DNA from: Prochlorococcus sp. AG-347-N23 | GTDB lineage: Bacteria > Cyanobacteriota > Cyanobacteriia > PCC-6307 > Cyanobiaceae | Direction: 5' to 3' | DNA: 64,000 bases | NCBI GenBank assembly: GCA_003281125.1 | Contig: QCCW01000003.1 | Span: 790-64,789 of the forward strand | Part shown: positions 44,095-54,323 of the stretch, piece after piece | Numbering within the stretch: position 1 is the first letter of the stretch | Layout of the letters: every line of letters begins with the position of its first letter | The notes under the pieces: generated by a model | Databases searched by the model: none | Seen by the model: only the letters and a program-made list of their open reading frames with translations | Told to the model about the DNA's origin: nothing | Program-made: the position numbers and the translations under genes

Positions 44095-44445
44095 ATGGAA
44101 AATATAGATTCTAATATTACTAGCGTAGAAGAATTAGTAGGTATTGATGAAGTTCAAAAATTCCTCAATAGGTCAAGAGCTTCTGTTTATCGTTATACAA
44201 ATACTGATTTAAGAAATCTAAACCCCAGCTTTAATCCAAGAAAATTAAATCCCGAATTTAGAACTGATCAAAAAGATCCGTTAAAATTTCACCCAAATGA
44301 AGTAGCAAGATTCGCTAAAGATATTTTAAGAATTAAAGAAGTTACTGTAGAGGTCTTTAATTCACCTTCCTCAGCGGCTCAGAACATACTTGCACAAATA
44401 TTAAACGAATTAAAGTCTATTAGATCGTTGCTAGAAAAAGAATAA
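44095..44445 (+). CDS. Conserved cyanobacterial HTH protein (AlpA/Xis-like N-terminus)
   Basis: LVGIDEVQKFLNRSRASVYRY resembles an excisionase/AlpA-type HTH; C-terminal coiled segment. Confidence 0.75.
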   Translation: MENIDSNITSVEELVGIDEVQKFLNRSRASVYRYTNTDLRNLNPSFNPRKLNPEFRTDQKDPLKFHPNEVARFAKDILRIKEVTVEVFNSPSSAAQNILAQILNELKSIRSLLEKE

Positions 44446-44541
44446 TTAAAAAGTTACAAGATAATGTTTTGATTTATTGACATTTAGAATGTAGGATAAT
44501 GGAGTTCAATTATCTCCTTAACCTTTCCTAATTAAGAGTTC

Positions 44542-44796
44542 TTGAGTTATACAAAACCAAAGCACTTTATAAAAAGTAAATCAAGCGAAGAATTTTTACT
44601 TGATCCTATTAAAAGTGATTTTGAAAGAGATGATGATGACCCCTTAAGCATAAGGAGCTCATTAATTACATCTTTAGGTATTATCTTTGCCTTTCTGGTA
44701 TTTTTATTACCTTCAGTCAGTGTTTTAATTGGAAGACCATTCACTCAAGGAAACGAGGTAATTTTTAATCACGATCTAAAAAAAGATGGATCTTAG
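44542..44796 (+). CDS. Hypothetical single-pass membrane protein
   Basis: 84 aa TTG ORF with one hydrophobic helix; overlaps the start of the second ppa-like gene. Confidence 0.6.
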   Translation: MSYTKPKHFIKSKSSEEFLLDPIKSDFERDDDDPLSIRSSLITSLGIIFAFLVFLLPSVSVLIGRPFTQGNEVIFNHDLKKDGS

Positions 44797-45340
44797 CTCG
44801 ATACCTCCATCTCCAATGAAGGGAATAGTAAATATCGTTGTTGAAATACCTGCGGGCAGTAGGAATAAATATGAGTATTGTGCTGAAGCTGGAATAATGG
44901 CATTAGATAGAGTATTGCATTCATCGGTAAGATACCCTTTTGATTATGGTTTCATTCCAAATACCCTCGCTGATGATGGGGCTCCTCTTGATGCAATGGT
45001 CATAATGGATGAGCCTACATTTGCTGGCTGTCTAATAAAAGCTAGACCTATTGGAGTTTTGGATATGAATGATTGTGGTGCATATGATGGAAAACTTTTA
45101 TGTGTGCCTGTGGCTAATCCTAGACAGACTAATATAGTGAGTATTAATCAAATTGCTCCTAATCAGCTTGAGGATGTTGCTGAATTCTTTAGGACAAGTA
45201 AAGGACTTGATGGAAGAACAGTTCAAATTGATGGTTGGAGGGATTTTGATGTGGTGGAAAATTTATTAAAAAGTTGTATACCCCTAAAAAAGAAAAACTT
45301 TAAAGTACTTAAGAAATCAAAGATTAGTAAATCAAATTGA
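44786..45340 (+). CDS. ppa: Inorganic pyrophosphatase paralogue with altered active-site motifs
   Basis: VEIPAGSRNKYE, LDR, YPFDYGFIPNTL, but DGAPLD instead of DGDPLD and FFRTSK instead of FF..YK. Confidence 0.85.
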   Translation: MDLSSIPPSPMKGIVNIVVEIPAGSRNKYEYCAEAGIMALDRVLHSSVRYPFDYGFIPNTLADDGAPLDAMVIMDEPTFAGCLIKARPIGVLDMNDCGAYDGKLLCVPVANPRQTNIVSINQIAPNQLEDVAEFFRTSKGLDGRTVQIDGWRDFDVVENLLKSCIPLKKKNFKVLKKSKISKSN

Positions 45341-45693
45341 AAAAAATAATTCTTTATAGTTATTTAAAATGCTCTACTTGCCGAAAAGCTGCAAAGTGGC
45401 TTGAAAGGAGAGATTTCGAATTTAAATTAATTGATATTGTAAAAGAACCACCTCTTGTTAATTATTTAAATCTCGCCTTAAAACAATACTCTGATGATAA
45501 GAAAAGGATTTTTAACACAAGAGGTCAAGCCTTTAAAAAGCTTAATCTTGATATTTATGGTTTATCAAGGGAAGAAATTATTAAACTTCTTTTAAGTGAT
45601 GGCAAATTAATAAAAAGACCATTTTTGATTTACCAAGAGGAAAAAATAATATTAGGTTTTAACGAAATTGAATATGCCAAACAATTTATATAA
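45337..45693 (+). CDS. ArsC/Spx family protein
   Basis: CSTCRKA, FNTRG, LIKRPFL, GF. Confidence 0.9.
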   Translation: MKKIILYSYLKCSTCRKAAKWLERRDFEFKLIDIVKEPPLVNYLNLALKQYSDDKKRIFNTRGQAFKKLNLDIYGLSREEIIKLLLSDGKLIKRPFLIYQEEKIILGFNEIEYAKQFI

Positions 45694-45722
45694 AGTTAAA
45701 AAATTAAAAATTTATTAATTTC

Positions 45723-46382
45723 ATGCCTGCCTCTATTAAAAATTTTTTGAAAGAATGGGGTCCTCTAATTCTATTAACTTTTTTTGTTTCTTCTTGTAGA
45801 TCTTTTTTAGCAGAACCACGTTATATTCCTTCTGGGTCAATGCTCCCAGAATTACAAATAAACGATAGGTTAATTATTGAAAAATTTTCGCTAAGAAACT
45901 CTTTGCCAAAAAGAGGAGATATTGTCGTTTTTAACTCACCTTACTCCTTTGACGAAAAATTAATTTCATTAAGATCTAGGCCTCTGCCAAAAAAAAGATA
46001 TTGTTTTTTTATGAGTTTTCCTCCAATGTCGTTTATTCCTGGTTTGAGGGATCAAGCTTGTGATGCTTATATTAAAAGAGTGGTGGCACTTCCAGGAGAA
46101 ATTGTAAGTGTAAACAAAAAGGGTGAATTAATAATAAATAACAAATTAATTCCTGAACCTTACGTCTCTTATAAGTGCTCATTATCCCTTTTTAATAAAT
46201 GTGGTGAATTTGAAAATATAAAAGTTCCTAAAGATCATTTTTTAGTTTTAGGAGATAACAGGTCAAATAGCTGGGATGGTAGATATTGGCCTGGAAGTAA
46301 ATTTCTTCATAAAAAGGAGATAATTGGTAAAGCATATTTCAGATTTTGGCCTCTTAGTCAAGTTGGTTTTTTCAATAAATAA
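45723..46382 (+). CDS. lepB: Signal peptidase I
   Basis: IPSGSM.P.L, RGDIVVF, YIKRVVALPG, GDNR.NS.DGR.W. Confidence 0.96.
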   Translation: MPASIKNFLKEWGPLILLTFFVSSCRSFLAEPRYIPSGSMLPELQINDRLIIEKFSLRNSLPKRGDIVVFNSPYSFDEKLISLRSRPLPKKRYCFFMSFPPMSFIPGLRDQACDAYIKRVVALPGEIVSVNKKGELIINNKLIPEPYVSYKCSLSLFNKCGEFENIKVPKDHFLVLGDNRSNSWDGRYWPGSKFLHKKEIIGKAYFRFWPLSQVGFFNK

Positions 46383-46436
46383 ACTCTTTTTTCTTCCTCT
46401 GACTTCATCGAATAAAATTTTAAAAAGGGTTTTAAT

Positions 46437-47765
46437 TTAAAGTGCTCCTGAAGCAGTTGAATCAATTATTCCTCCTAGGTGGGTTGTAATGTTTAGAGCG
46501 CTAATAATAGGGGGCTTGTTGGGATCATTAAAAAGGTCAATTATAGTTATGCCTCCATTCCCTTGTTTTATCATCCAAATATTTGAATAATTAATCCCAA
46601 GTATGTTGCAAATTAAAGTTTTATTGACTGCATCATGAGCAACAAGAAGGCTTAGATCATTATCCTTTTGAGATAAGCAAATTTTATTAAAAGCTTCTAC
46701 AGACCTTTCTGATACATCTTTAATAGATTCACCTTCAGGCATTATTACTTCTTCAGGTTTTTCATGCCAATTTTTTAGTAAAACAGGCCAGTTTTCTCTG
46801 ATTTCTACTTCCAGTTTGCCTTCCCATAATCCATGACTAATTTCTACAAGTGAATCTATTCTTTCTATTTTTAAATCTTTTCTATTTTGAAGGATTATTT
46901 GCGCGGTCTCATAAGGCCTATTCATGGAACTTGAAAAAGCCTTGTTGAAAGAAATATTTCTCAAATATTCAAAAGTCTTTCTAGCTTGATTTTTTCCGTT
47001 TTCATTTAAAGGGATATCAATTTGGCCTTGGAATCTTCCCTCTTTGTTCCAGTTAGTCTCACCATGCCTTATAAGAAATATTCTGGAATCTCCAATTTGA
47101 TTTGGAATATTTTTATTAAGATGGGAGGTTTGATTTAAGCATTCAACTTGGGTCTTAAAAGAGTTATCTTTTTTTGAAATATTGAGTATAGAGAAAGAAG
47201 CATTTTCTAATCTTATTTTCCTAAAACCTTGCTTAGGCTTTCCTAATAATGAGAGAATTAAACATCTGAGAATCGCATTATGTCCTACAATTAGAATATT
47301 CACATCATCTTTGTCTAGATAAATTTTTAAAATATCTTCTACAAAATTTGTTGCTTGAAGAAATAACTCTTGAATTGGTTTATAAGTTTTTTTGCCATTT
47401 CTTTTTAATATTAGATTTTCTGGATCATTTTTCCATATAGGGTAAATTTCTGAATATTTCTTTTTTATTTCATCAATTTTTAGACCAGACCATTCACTAA
47501 GATCGACCTCTAGCAAATTATCATCAAATACAATGTTTTGTTCTTTATTGAAGGTCTTTTTAATTGTTTTTGCAGTCTCTGCCGCTCTCACAAGTGGGGA
47601 GGAATAGATTTTATCGAAGTCTATTTTTGATAATGCTTTACCTGCTTTTCGGGCTTGTTCGTATCCTTCATCAGTTAGTATTGAATCATCTGTTCTTCCT
47701 TGAATCAATCCTTTTGCATTGAAACTACTTAGTCCATGCCTAACTAACACTAAACGTATAGCCAT
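46437..47765 (-). CDS. Histidine phosphatase family protein with two tandem domains (PGM/phosphoserine phosphatase-like)
   Basis: Two RHG motifs (LVRHG and LIRHGETNWN), SSPL.RA, GHNA and AHDA. Confidence 0.9.
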   Translation of the reverse strand: MAIRLVLVRHGLSSFNAKGLIQGRTDDSILTDEGYEQARKAGKALSKIDFDKIYSSPLVRAAETAKTIKKTFNKEQNIVFDDNLLEVDLSEWSGLKIDEIKKKYSEIYPIWKNDPENLILKRNGKKTYKPIQELFLQATNFVEDILKIYLDKDDVNILIVGHNAILRCLILSLLGKPKQGFRKIRLENASFSILNISKKDNSFKTQVECLNQTSHLNKNIPNQIGDSRIFLIRHGETNWNKEGRFQGQIDIPLNENGKNQARKTFEYLRNISFNKAFSSSMNRPYETAQIILQNRKDLKIERIDSLVEISHGLWEGKLEVEIRENWPVLLKNWHEKPEEVIMPEGESIKDVSERSVEAFNKICLSQKDNDLSLLVAHDAVNKTLICNILGINYSNIWMIKQGNGGITIIDLFNDPNKPPIISALNITTHLGGIIDSTASGAL

Positions 47766-47880
47766 TATATAAATTTGAAAATTAAGATAATTTAATCATC
47801 TCATGGCGTGATTAAAATAGATACATAAACATAAGGAACTTCAATGATAACTAAGTATAGTTTTCAAAATATAATGAGTT

Positions 47881-49242
47881 ATGATTTTTAAAAATGTTTC
47901 TAAGTCAAAACTAACTTTAGCTTTTATTTCTATAGTCATAACTTTTTTTGTATGGCAGCAAGGCTTAAGAGATAGTTTAAATAGACCGTCTGTTTCATTT
48001 GATATAAGTCAAAAAGAGCAAGAAATTGCTGAATTATCGGTCCAATCAATACCTGTAGATCTTAAAAAGTTTCTCATCATAAATGATCCTGTTGATCAAA
48101 TAAATAAATCACTCTCTGAGGTCTCATTTGAAGAGCTAACAGAGAGAAATAAATTAATTCGGGTAATTTCTTCAAAATCAAATGATCCTTTAATCCATAA
48201 AAATCTATCAAAAGATTTTGAAAATAAAAACTATAAATTTCTTATTGATGAGATAGAAAAAAAATCCAATAATAATTCATATAAACCAAGTTTTGATAAA
48301 TTTGATTTATTTAAAGATGATAGATTTTTATATCACCTTTTAAGCCGGAAATTTGATTTTGACGATAGTTCATTAATAACAAAATCATTTTCACGCAAAA
48401 TGTTTTTAAAAATATTAGCCATTAGGCTGATACCACTTTTGTCAATACTTATTGGCTCTTTAATGGCTCTAAAAATATTATGGACCACCATATCTTTGAA
48501 AAAGTTTGGTTGGCAAGAAATTAAATCCTTAGATTTAGAATTAATAGATATGGTTTTACTAATAGCAGGTGGATTTGTTGTTTTAGGAGAAGTAGTATCA
48601 CCTTTGTTTTCTATAAGCTTGGTTGAACTTTTTTCAAAAAATATTTCTAATGAATTGTCGCAATCTTTAAAAATATTCTTTGGATATCTTTTTATGGCTA
48701 TTCCACCATTAGGGATAGTTTATTATCAAATTAAATCTTTGAATGGTGAATTCACTTTTAAAAAGGATTATTTACAGTTCAATTTCTTTCCAATAAAATA
48801 TTCAATTATTCAGGGAATTAAAGGTTGGTTAACAATTGTTCCTTTTGTTTTATTGATTTCTCTAATTATGAATAGTTTGATTGATAATCAGAATGGTAGT
48901 AACCCTTTACTAGAAATTGTTCTTAACAATGATAATTACCTATCATTTTTTTTATTATTTATAACAACAACTTTATTAGCTCCTCTATTTGAGGAAATTA
49001 TATTTCGAGGTATTTTACTAACAACTCTTTCAAGAGATTTTGGAGTAATTTCGGGCATCATAGTTTCAGCTTTTATCTTTGCATTAGCCCATTTAAGTTT
49101 GGGAGAAATGCCGCCATTATTTGTTCTAGGGATTGGATTAGCAATTACAAGAATTGCTTCAGGAAGTTTGTTTTCTTCAGTAATCATGCATTCTTTATGG
49201 AATGGATTGACTTTCTTAAATTTGTTCTTATTGAGGACATAA
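47881..49242 (+). CDS. CPBP (CAAX protease/Abi) family intramembrane metalloprotease
   Basis: APLFEEIIFRG, FALAH, MHSLWN. Confidence 0.9.
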   Translation: MIFKNVSKSKLTLAFISIVITFFVWQQGLRDSLNRPSVSFDISQKEQEIAELSVQSIPVDLKKFLIINDPVDQINKSLSEVSFEELTERNKLIRVISSKSNDPLIHKNLSKDFENKNYKFLIDEIEKKSNNNSYKPSFDKFDLFKDDRFLYHLLSRKFDFDDSSLITKSFSRKMFLKILAIRLIPLLSILIGSLMALKILWTTISLKKFGWQEIKSLDLELIDMVLLIAGGFVVLGEVVSPLFSISLVELFSKNISNELSQSLKIFFGYLFMAIPPLGIVYYQIKSLNGEFTFKKDYLQFNFFPIKYSIIQGIKGWLTIVPFVLLISLIMNSLIDNQNGSNPLLEIVLNNDNYLSFFLLFITTTLLAPLFEEIIFRGILLTTLSRDFGVISGIIVSAFIFALAHLSLGEMPPLFVLGIGLAITRIASGSLFSSVIMHSLWNGLTFLNLFLLRT

Positions 49243-49327
49243 AGAATTTAATTTTTTACTTGCGAATCATACAAAAAGATGTTTATTTAATTAATAATAC
49301 TTCTTTTATTTAAAAAATAAATCATAA

Positions 49328-49756
49328 ATGAAACCTTATGGGAATCAACTTAATTTAAAAAAAAAAGTTTCATATGAAAGTAAAAAAAATTCTGAAAAAA
49401 TATCCATTAGTAATATCAAATTAATACATCAAATTTTCGACACCATTAATATCTCTCTTTTAGTGTTAATTTTCACCTTATTTTTCTTATCTTTTAATAG
49501 TCAAATAAAATGGTCAAATACATATAAAAACTTATCTAAAACAAGAGCTATCAATAATAATCTCATTGATTATATTTCTAAAATTGAAGAATTTTATATT
49601 AGTGAAATTGAGTCTCTCAATATTTATAAAAAAACTAAACCTGAAGATTTAATCTATCTAAATAAACTTCCAGAAAAAAAAGAAAGCTTGTTTGAGAAAA
49701 ATTTAAGAAGTTTCATTGAAGGTTTTAGGAATAGCAAATATCAAAGGGGCTATTGA
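49328..49756 (+). CDS. Bitopic membrane protein upstream of ftsI (FtsL-like)
   Basis: Basic N-terminus, one TM helix, heptad-like segment; TGATG overlap with ftsI. Confidence 0.65.
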   Translation: MKPYGNQLNLKKKVSYESKKNSEKISISNIKLIHQIFDTINISLLVLIFTLFFLSFNSQIKWSNTYKNLSKTRAINNNLIDYISKIEEFYISEIESLNIYKKTKPEDLIYLNKLPEKKESLFEKNLRSFIEGFRNSKYQRGY

Positions 49757-51507
49757 TGAAAAAATACAAAAAAATTGTTCGTCTAATACCCCTTGATCAA
49801 AGAAGATTTAAATTTCTCTATATTTTTAGCTTACTATTAATATTTTGTTTGTTTGGTAGGTTAGTTAAATTGCAAGTTTTTAACGCCTCTGATTTACAAA
49901 GGAAAGCTAGATTAATCCAGTCTTCTAAAACTAATGCCTTAAAAAAAAGGAGAGCAATTGTTGATAGAAATAATAGACTAGTTGCTTACGATAAACCGCT
50001 CTATAAATTATGGGCACATCCAAAATATTTTAATTTTCCTGGTGATTCAATTAACAAAGTTCGAAGTATTGAAGAAGTTACAGAAAAATTATCACCTATC
50101 TTGGAAATAAATGGTGAAATACTATTGAGTAAATTTAATAATAAAATGAGTGGTATCAAGCTTTTGGATAAAATTTCCGAAGATAAGGCTGAAAAGATTA
50201 AGAACCTTCAAATAAGCGGAATTGATTTATTTAAATATTCGCAGAGATATTATCCACAAGGGAAGCTTTACTCTAATCTTGTAGGGTTTGTTAATGATGA
50301 GAATTTAGCTTCAGCAGGTTTAGAGCTTCATTTAGATAATCAAATTAAAGTTTTTAATAAAAGTAATTTAATAAAAAGAGGAGGAGATGGTACTCCTTTA
50401 CCGGATAATTCAGCCCCAGGTGATTTTGTTTCTGATTACAAAAGTTTAGGCCTAACTATAGATTCAAAATTACAGAAAGCTTCATTCAATGCATTATCAA
50501 AGCAAGTAAGCAAATGGGAAGCAAAGAAGGGATTTGCCATAGTTATGAATGTTAATAATGGTCGGATTCTCTCCTTGGTTACAGTGCCGTCGTACGATCC
50601 AAATAAATTTTGGCAGTATGATTCTGGACTTTTTAGAGGTTGGTATTCTCAAGATTTATTTGAGCCTGGTTCAACTTTTAAACCTATTAATCTTGCCTTA
50701 GCTTTAGAAGAAAAAGTAATCCAGAAAGATGGAGTAGTTGAAGATATTGGAAAAATTAATGTTGGAGGATGGACACTTTCTAATTGGGATAAAAAAGGTA
50801 ATGGATACATTGACTATCCAAAAGTTTTGCAAGTTTCAAGTAATGTTGGGATGGTAAAAATAATGCAAAATTTAGACCCTGCAATTTATTGGGATTTGCT
50901 AAAAAATTTAGGTATAAATAAAAATTTAGAGACTGATTTATTTGAATCAACTGCTGGCCAACTAAAGAGAAAAGATTTATTTGTAAATCAATCAATTGAG
51001 CCTGCTGTAACTTCTTTTGGCAAAGGTTTCTCAATCTCGCCGCTTAAATTGCTTCAACTTCATGCGGCTCTAGCAAATGGTGGTTATGAAGTAACTCCAC
51101 ATGTAACGTCAACTTTCAAAGAAAGAGTTAGTAAAAATCCAAAAAAACAATTTTTTTCACACGAAGTCTCTAAAACTGTTCTTGAATGGATGGAGAGCGT
51201 AGTTGATAAAGGTAGTGGATCTGGTGTGAAAATCGAGGGTTACAGGATAGCGGGGAAAACGGGCACTTCCCAAAAAGCCTTAAACGGTTCCTATACAAGT
51301 AAAAAAGTTTGCAGTTTTGTGGCGACCTTACCAGTTAATGATCCTAAATATGCTGTCCTTGTAGTCGTTGATGAGCCATCTAAATCTTATGCATATGGTT
51401 CAACCGTTGCTGTACCAGTTGCTAAAGAAATTATCGAGAGTTTGATAGTAATTGAAAAAATACCTCCCAAGATTAAAGATCATGGAATGATTGTTAAAAA
51501 ACCCTAA
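49756..51507 (+). CDS. ftsI: Peptidoglycan transpeptidase, class B PBP
   Basis: R..IVDRN, RYYPQG, GLE, EPGSTFKP (SxxK), SSN (SxN), KTGT. Confidence 0.93.
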   Translation: MKKYKKIVRLIPLDQRRFKFLYIFSLLLIFCLFGRLVKLQVFNASDLQRKARLIQSSKTNALKKRRAIVDRNNRLVAYDKPLYKLWAHPKYFNFPGDSINKVRSIEEVTEKLSPILEINGEILLSKFNNKMSGIKLLDKISEDKAEKIKNLQISGIDLFKYSQRYYPQGKLYSNLVGFVNDENLASAGLELHLDNQIKVFNKSNLIKRGGDGTPLPDNSAPGDFVSDYKSLGLTIDSKLQKASFNALSKQVSKWEAKKGFAIVMNVNNGRILSLVTVPSYDPNKFWQYDSGLFRGWYSQDLFEPGSTFKPINLALALEEKVIQKDGVVEDIGKINVGGWTLSNWDKKGNGYIDYPKVLQVSSNVGMVKIMQNLDPAIYWDLLKNLGINKNLETDLFESTAGQLKRKDLFVNQSIEPAVTSFGKGFSISPLKLLQLHAALANGGYEVTPHVTSTFKERVSKNPKKQFFSHEVSKTVLEWMESVVDKGSGSGVKIEGYRIAGKTGTSQKALNGSYTSKKVCSFVATLPVNDPKYAVLVVVDEPSKSYAYGSTVAVPVAKEIIESLIVIEKIPPKIKDHGMIVKKP

Positions 51508-51597
51508 AATTTTCCAACTTTATAAATATTTAATTCATTATCTGATGATTTCATCAGGAATAAAAGCTAGTTTATGTATATATATGATTATCTAGAT

Positions 51598-52599
51598 ATG
51601 AAATCAATTTTAGAACAATTGTCCTCAATGACCGTTGTTGTTGCTGATACTGGAGATTTAGATTCGATAAAAAAATTTAAACCAAGGGACGCCACCACCA
51701 ATCCATCGCTAATACTTGCTGCTGCTAAGAACCCTAATTATGTGAAATTAATTGATAAAGCTTTAGAAAGTTCAGAAAATGCATTGCCCCAAGGATTCTC
51801 CGAGATTGAATTAATCAAAGAAACTATTGACCAAGTTTCAGTATTTTTTGGAAAAGAAATTTTGAAAATTATTTCAGGGCGAGTTTCTACAGAAGTTGAT
51901 GCAAGACTGAGCTTTGATACCGAAGCTACGGTAGAGAAAGCGAGAAAATTGATCAATCTTTACAAAATTTTTGGAATTGAAAAGGAAAGAATTTTGATTA
52001 AGATTGCTGCAACTTGGGAGGGAATTAAGGCAGCTGAAATTTTGGAAAAAGAGGGTATTAAGTGCAACTTAACTTTACTTTTTAACTTCTGCCAAGCGGT
52101 AACTTGTGCCAATGCAAAGATAACTCTAATTTCTCCGTTCGTTGGCCGTATATTAGATTGGCATAAGGCAAAAACCGGAAAAACTAGTTTTGTTGGTGCT
52201 GAAGACCCTGGTGTTATTTCGGTTACGCAAATATACAACTACTTTAAAGAAAAGGGATTTAAGACAGAAGTAATGGGAGCGAGTTTTAGAAATCTTGATG
52301 AAATAAAAGAATTAGCAGGTTGCGATCTTTTAACAATCGCACCAAAATTTCTTGAGGAACTGAAAAAAGAAAAAGGAGAGTTAGTTAGAAAATTAGTTGT
52401 AAGTGACCAGATAAATAATTCTATTGACTACGAATTTGAAGAAAAAGATTTCAGATTAAGTATGTTAGAAGATCAAATGGCAAGTGAAAAGCTTAGTGAA
52501 GGTATTACTGGATTCAGTAAAGCTATAGAAGAATTGGAAGAGCTGCTACTAAAGAGATATTCAGAGATTAAAAATCATAAATTGATTTCTGCTAACTAA
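51598..52599 (+). CDS. tal: Transaldolase
   Basis: [49 protein letters not shown]; start at ATG 51598. Confidence 0.96.
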   Translation: MKSILEQLSSMTVVVADTGDLDSIKKFKPRDATTNPSLILAAAKNPNYVKLIDKALESSENALPQGFSEIELIKETIDQVSVFFGKEILKIISGRVSTEVDARLSFDTEATVEKARKLINLYKIFGIEKERILIKIAATWEGIKAAEILEKEGIKCNLTLLFNFCQAVTCANAKITLISPFVGRILDWHKAKTGKTSFVGAEDPGVISVTQIYNYFKEKGFKTEVMGASFRNLDEIKELAGCDLLTIAPKFLEELKKEKGELVRKLVVSDQINNSIDYEFEEKDFRLSMLEDQMASEKLSEGITGFSKAIEELEELLLKRYSEIKNHKLISAN

Positions 52600-52622
52600 A
52601 TTTTAGTTTGAATTGAAAAAAA

Positions 52623-53756
52623 TCAAGTCCCACTTTTAGTTAAAAGCCTTCTGATCACTCTTTTTGCAATATCTTCGTAACTCATTTCTCCTGATAATAT
52701 TTGTGCAATACGTTTAGGTGCTGTTTTTCTTTTGACACCTAATTGATATCCTGTTCTGGGGAATCTATAAAATACCTGGGCTATTCTCCTCCCCCAAGCC
52801 ATTGATTTCCCCCAAATGTTGTTAATTTTTTTTGTATAAAGATCTAAGTCTTCTACTTTTCCTGATAGGGACTGATCTATGTATTCTGCAGCATAAAAAC
52901 TGCTAATTAAAGAAGGTCTAATTCCTTCAGCTAAAAATGGATCACATAGAGATGCTGCATCTCCAACCGCTAAAACTTTGTCACCATTAATTGAGTGAAA
53001 CCCATTCCATATTCTCAGTTTCTTACTAATTATTTTATGAGGTAAATCATCAAAACCGAAGCTTCTGATTACTTGTTTATTTATAGCCTGATTTTCTAAA
53101 AGACTATTATTTATAAAAGTACCTAAACCAATATTTAAGCTTTCTCTTAGGGGGAATGCCCATGCAAAACCATATTTTACAAATCCAAACTCAAATCTAA
53201 CTGCATCTTTAGGTATTTCACCTAACCCTTTCAATCTTAATGAGAGTGTGTTTGCAAATTTAGGTTTTCTTGGCCCTAAATTGAAATAACTCGCCCATTT
53301 CGATTGGGACCCATCTGCAATTACAAGAAATTTTGAAATATATTTTATTTTGTTATTGCAAGTAATTTCCCATTTATCATTTTTTTTTATGATTTTTTCT
53401 ATCAATAATGGCCTCATTATCTGAGCACCATTACTCAAGGATTCATCAAGTAATAATTGATCAAGTTTTTCTCTTTTTACAATCCAAAATGGCGATTCAC
53501 CAGTCAGATCAGCAGTTACATTATCTGCAGCCTTCCATCTGAATTCAACATTCTTAATTTTTGATTCAATGCAATCTTCAATATTTAAAGGAAGAAATCT
53601 TTGCATTGAAGATGCCATCCCCCCTGCACATGGTTTGTAATCTTGGGATTTTTCTTTTTCAATAATCAAAACTGAATATCCTTTTTTTGATAGGTTAAGA
53701 GCGGTGGAAGATCCTGATAAACCTCCACCAATTATTACAACGTCAAATCCTATCAA
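52623..53756 (-). CDS. Geranylgeranyl reductase-family FAD-dependent oxidoreductase
   Basis: GGGLSG, KPCAGG, ADG, WAFP, GDAA...PF.AEGI. Confidence 0.85.
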   Translation of the reverse strand: MIGFDVVIIGGGLSGSSTALNLSKKGYSVLIIEKEKSQDYKPCAGGMASSMQRFLPLNIEDCIESKIKNVEFRWKAADNVTADLTGESPFWIVKREKLDQLLLDESLSNGAQIMRPLLIEKIIKKNDKWEITCNNKIKYISKFLVIADGSQSKWASYFNLGPRKPKFANTLSLRLKGLGEIPKDAVRFEFGFVKYGFAWAFPLRESLNIGLGTFINNSLLENQAINKQVIRSFGFDDLPHKIISKKLRIWNGFHSINGDKVLAVGDAASLCDPFLAEGIRPSLISSFYAAEYIDQSLSGKVEDLDLYTKKINNIWGKSMAWGRRIAQVFYRFPRTGYQLGVKRKTAPKRIAQILSGEMSYEDIAKRVIRRLLTKSGT

Positions 53757-54301
53757 ACTTTTAGAATTTCCTTCTCTTTTTCAGATAACTTAGTTTCTAT
53801 TAAAGCAATAAATTTATCAGTAATTTTCTGAATTTCAGATTGATTATCTCTCGATTCGTCTATAGAAATGAGACCATATTTTTCGTCTTTTTTTTCTTTA
53901 TCAACAGCATCTCTTCTGATATTTCTCAAAGCTACTTTTCCTTCCTCTGCATATTTAGAGGCTAGTTTACAGAATTCTTTTCTTCTTTCTTCTGTCAAAG
54001 GAGGAACATTTATTCTTATTACTTTACCATCATTATTTGGAGTAATACCTAAATCACTCATAGAAATAGATTTCTCAATCGCCTGTAAACATGAAATATC
54101 AAATGGTTGTATTGAAATTGTTTGTGAATCAACAGTGCTTATTGTGGCAAGTGATTTAATTGGCGTTTCTGCTCCGTAATACTCAACACTTACTCTGTCT
54201 AGCAATGAAGCATTAGCTCTACCTGTCCTAATTGTATTAAAGTTTCTTTGTGTGGCTTCAATACTTTTATTCATATTTTCTTGAATTTCTTGTTCTTTCA
54301 T
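53753..54301 (-). CDS. frr: Ribosome recycling factor
   Basis: IRTGRAN, YYG, P.LTEERR, RNIRRDA. Confidence 0.97.
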   Translation of the reverse strand: MKEQEIQENMNKSIEATQRNFNTIRTGRANASLLDRVSVEYYGAETPIKSLATISTVDSQTISIQPFDISCLQAIEKSISMSDLGITPNNDGKVIRINVPPLTEERRKEFCKLASKYAEEGKVALRNIRRDAVDKEKKDEKYGLISIDESRDNQSEIQKITDKFIALIETKLSEKEKEILKV

Positions 54302-54323
54302 AATAAAAAAATTTAAATAAGCT

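Noticed and set aside
44477-44505. TTGACA followed by TAGAAT or GATAAT as a consensus sigma70 promoter
   Set aside because: The spacers are 2 and 12 nt, not about 17, so the elements do not form a canonical promoter.
46383-46436. Possible remnant of a deleted gene between lepB and the histidine phosphatase gene
   Set aside because: Only 54 bp with no motif I can match confidently; it cannot be supported without alignments.
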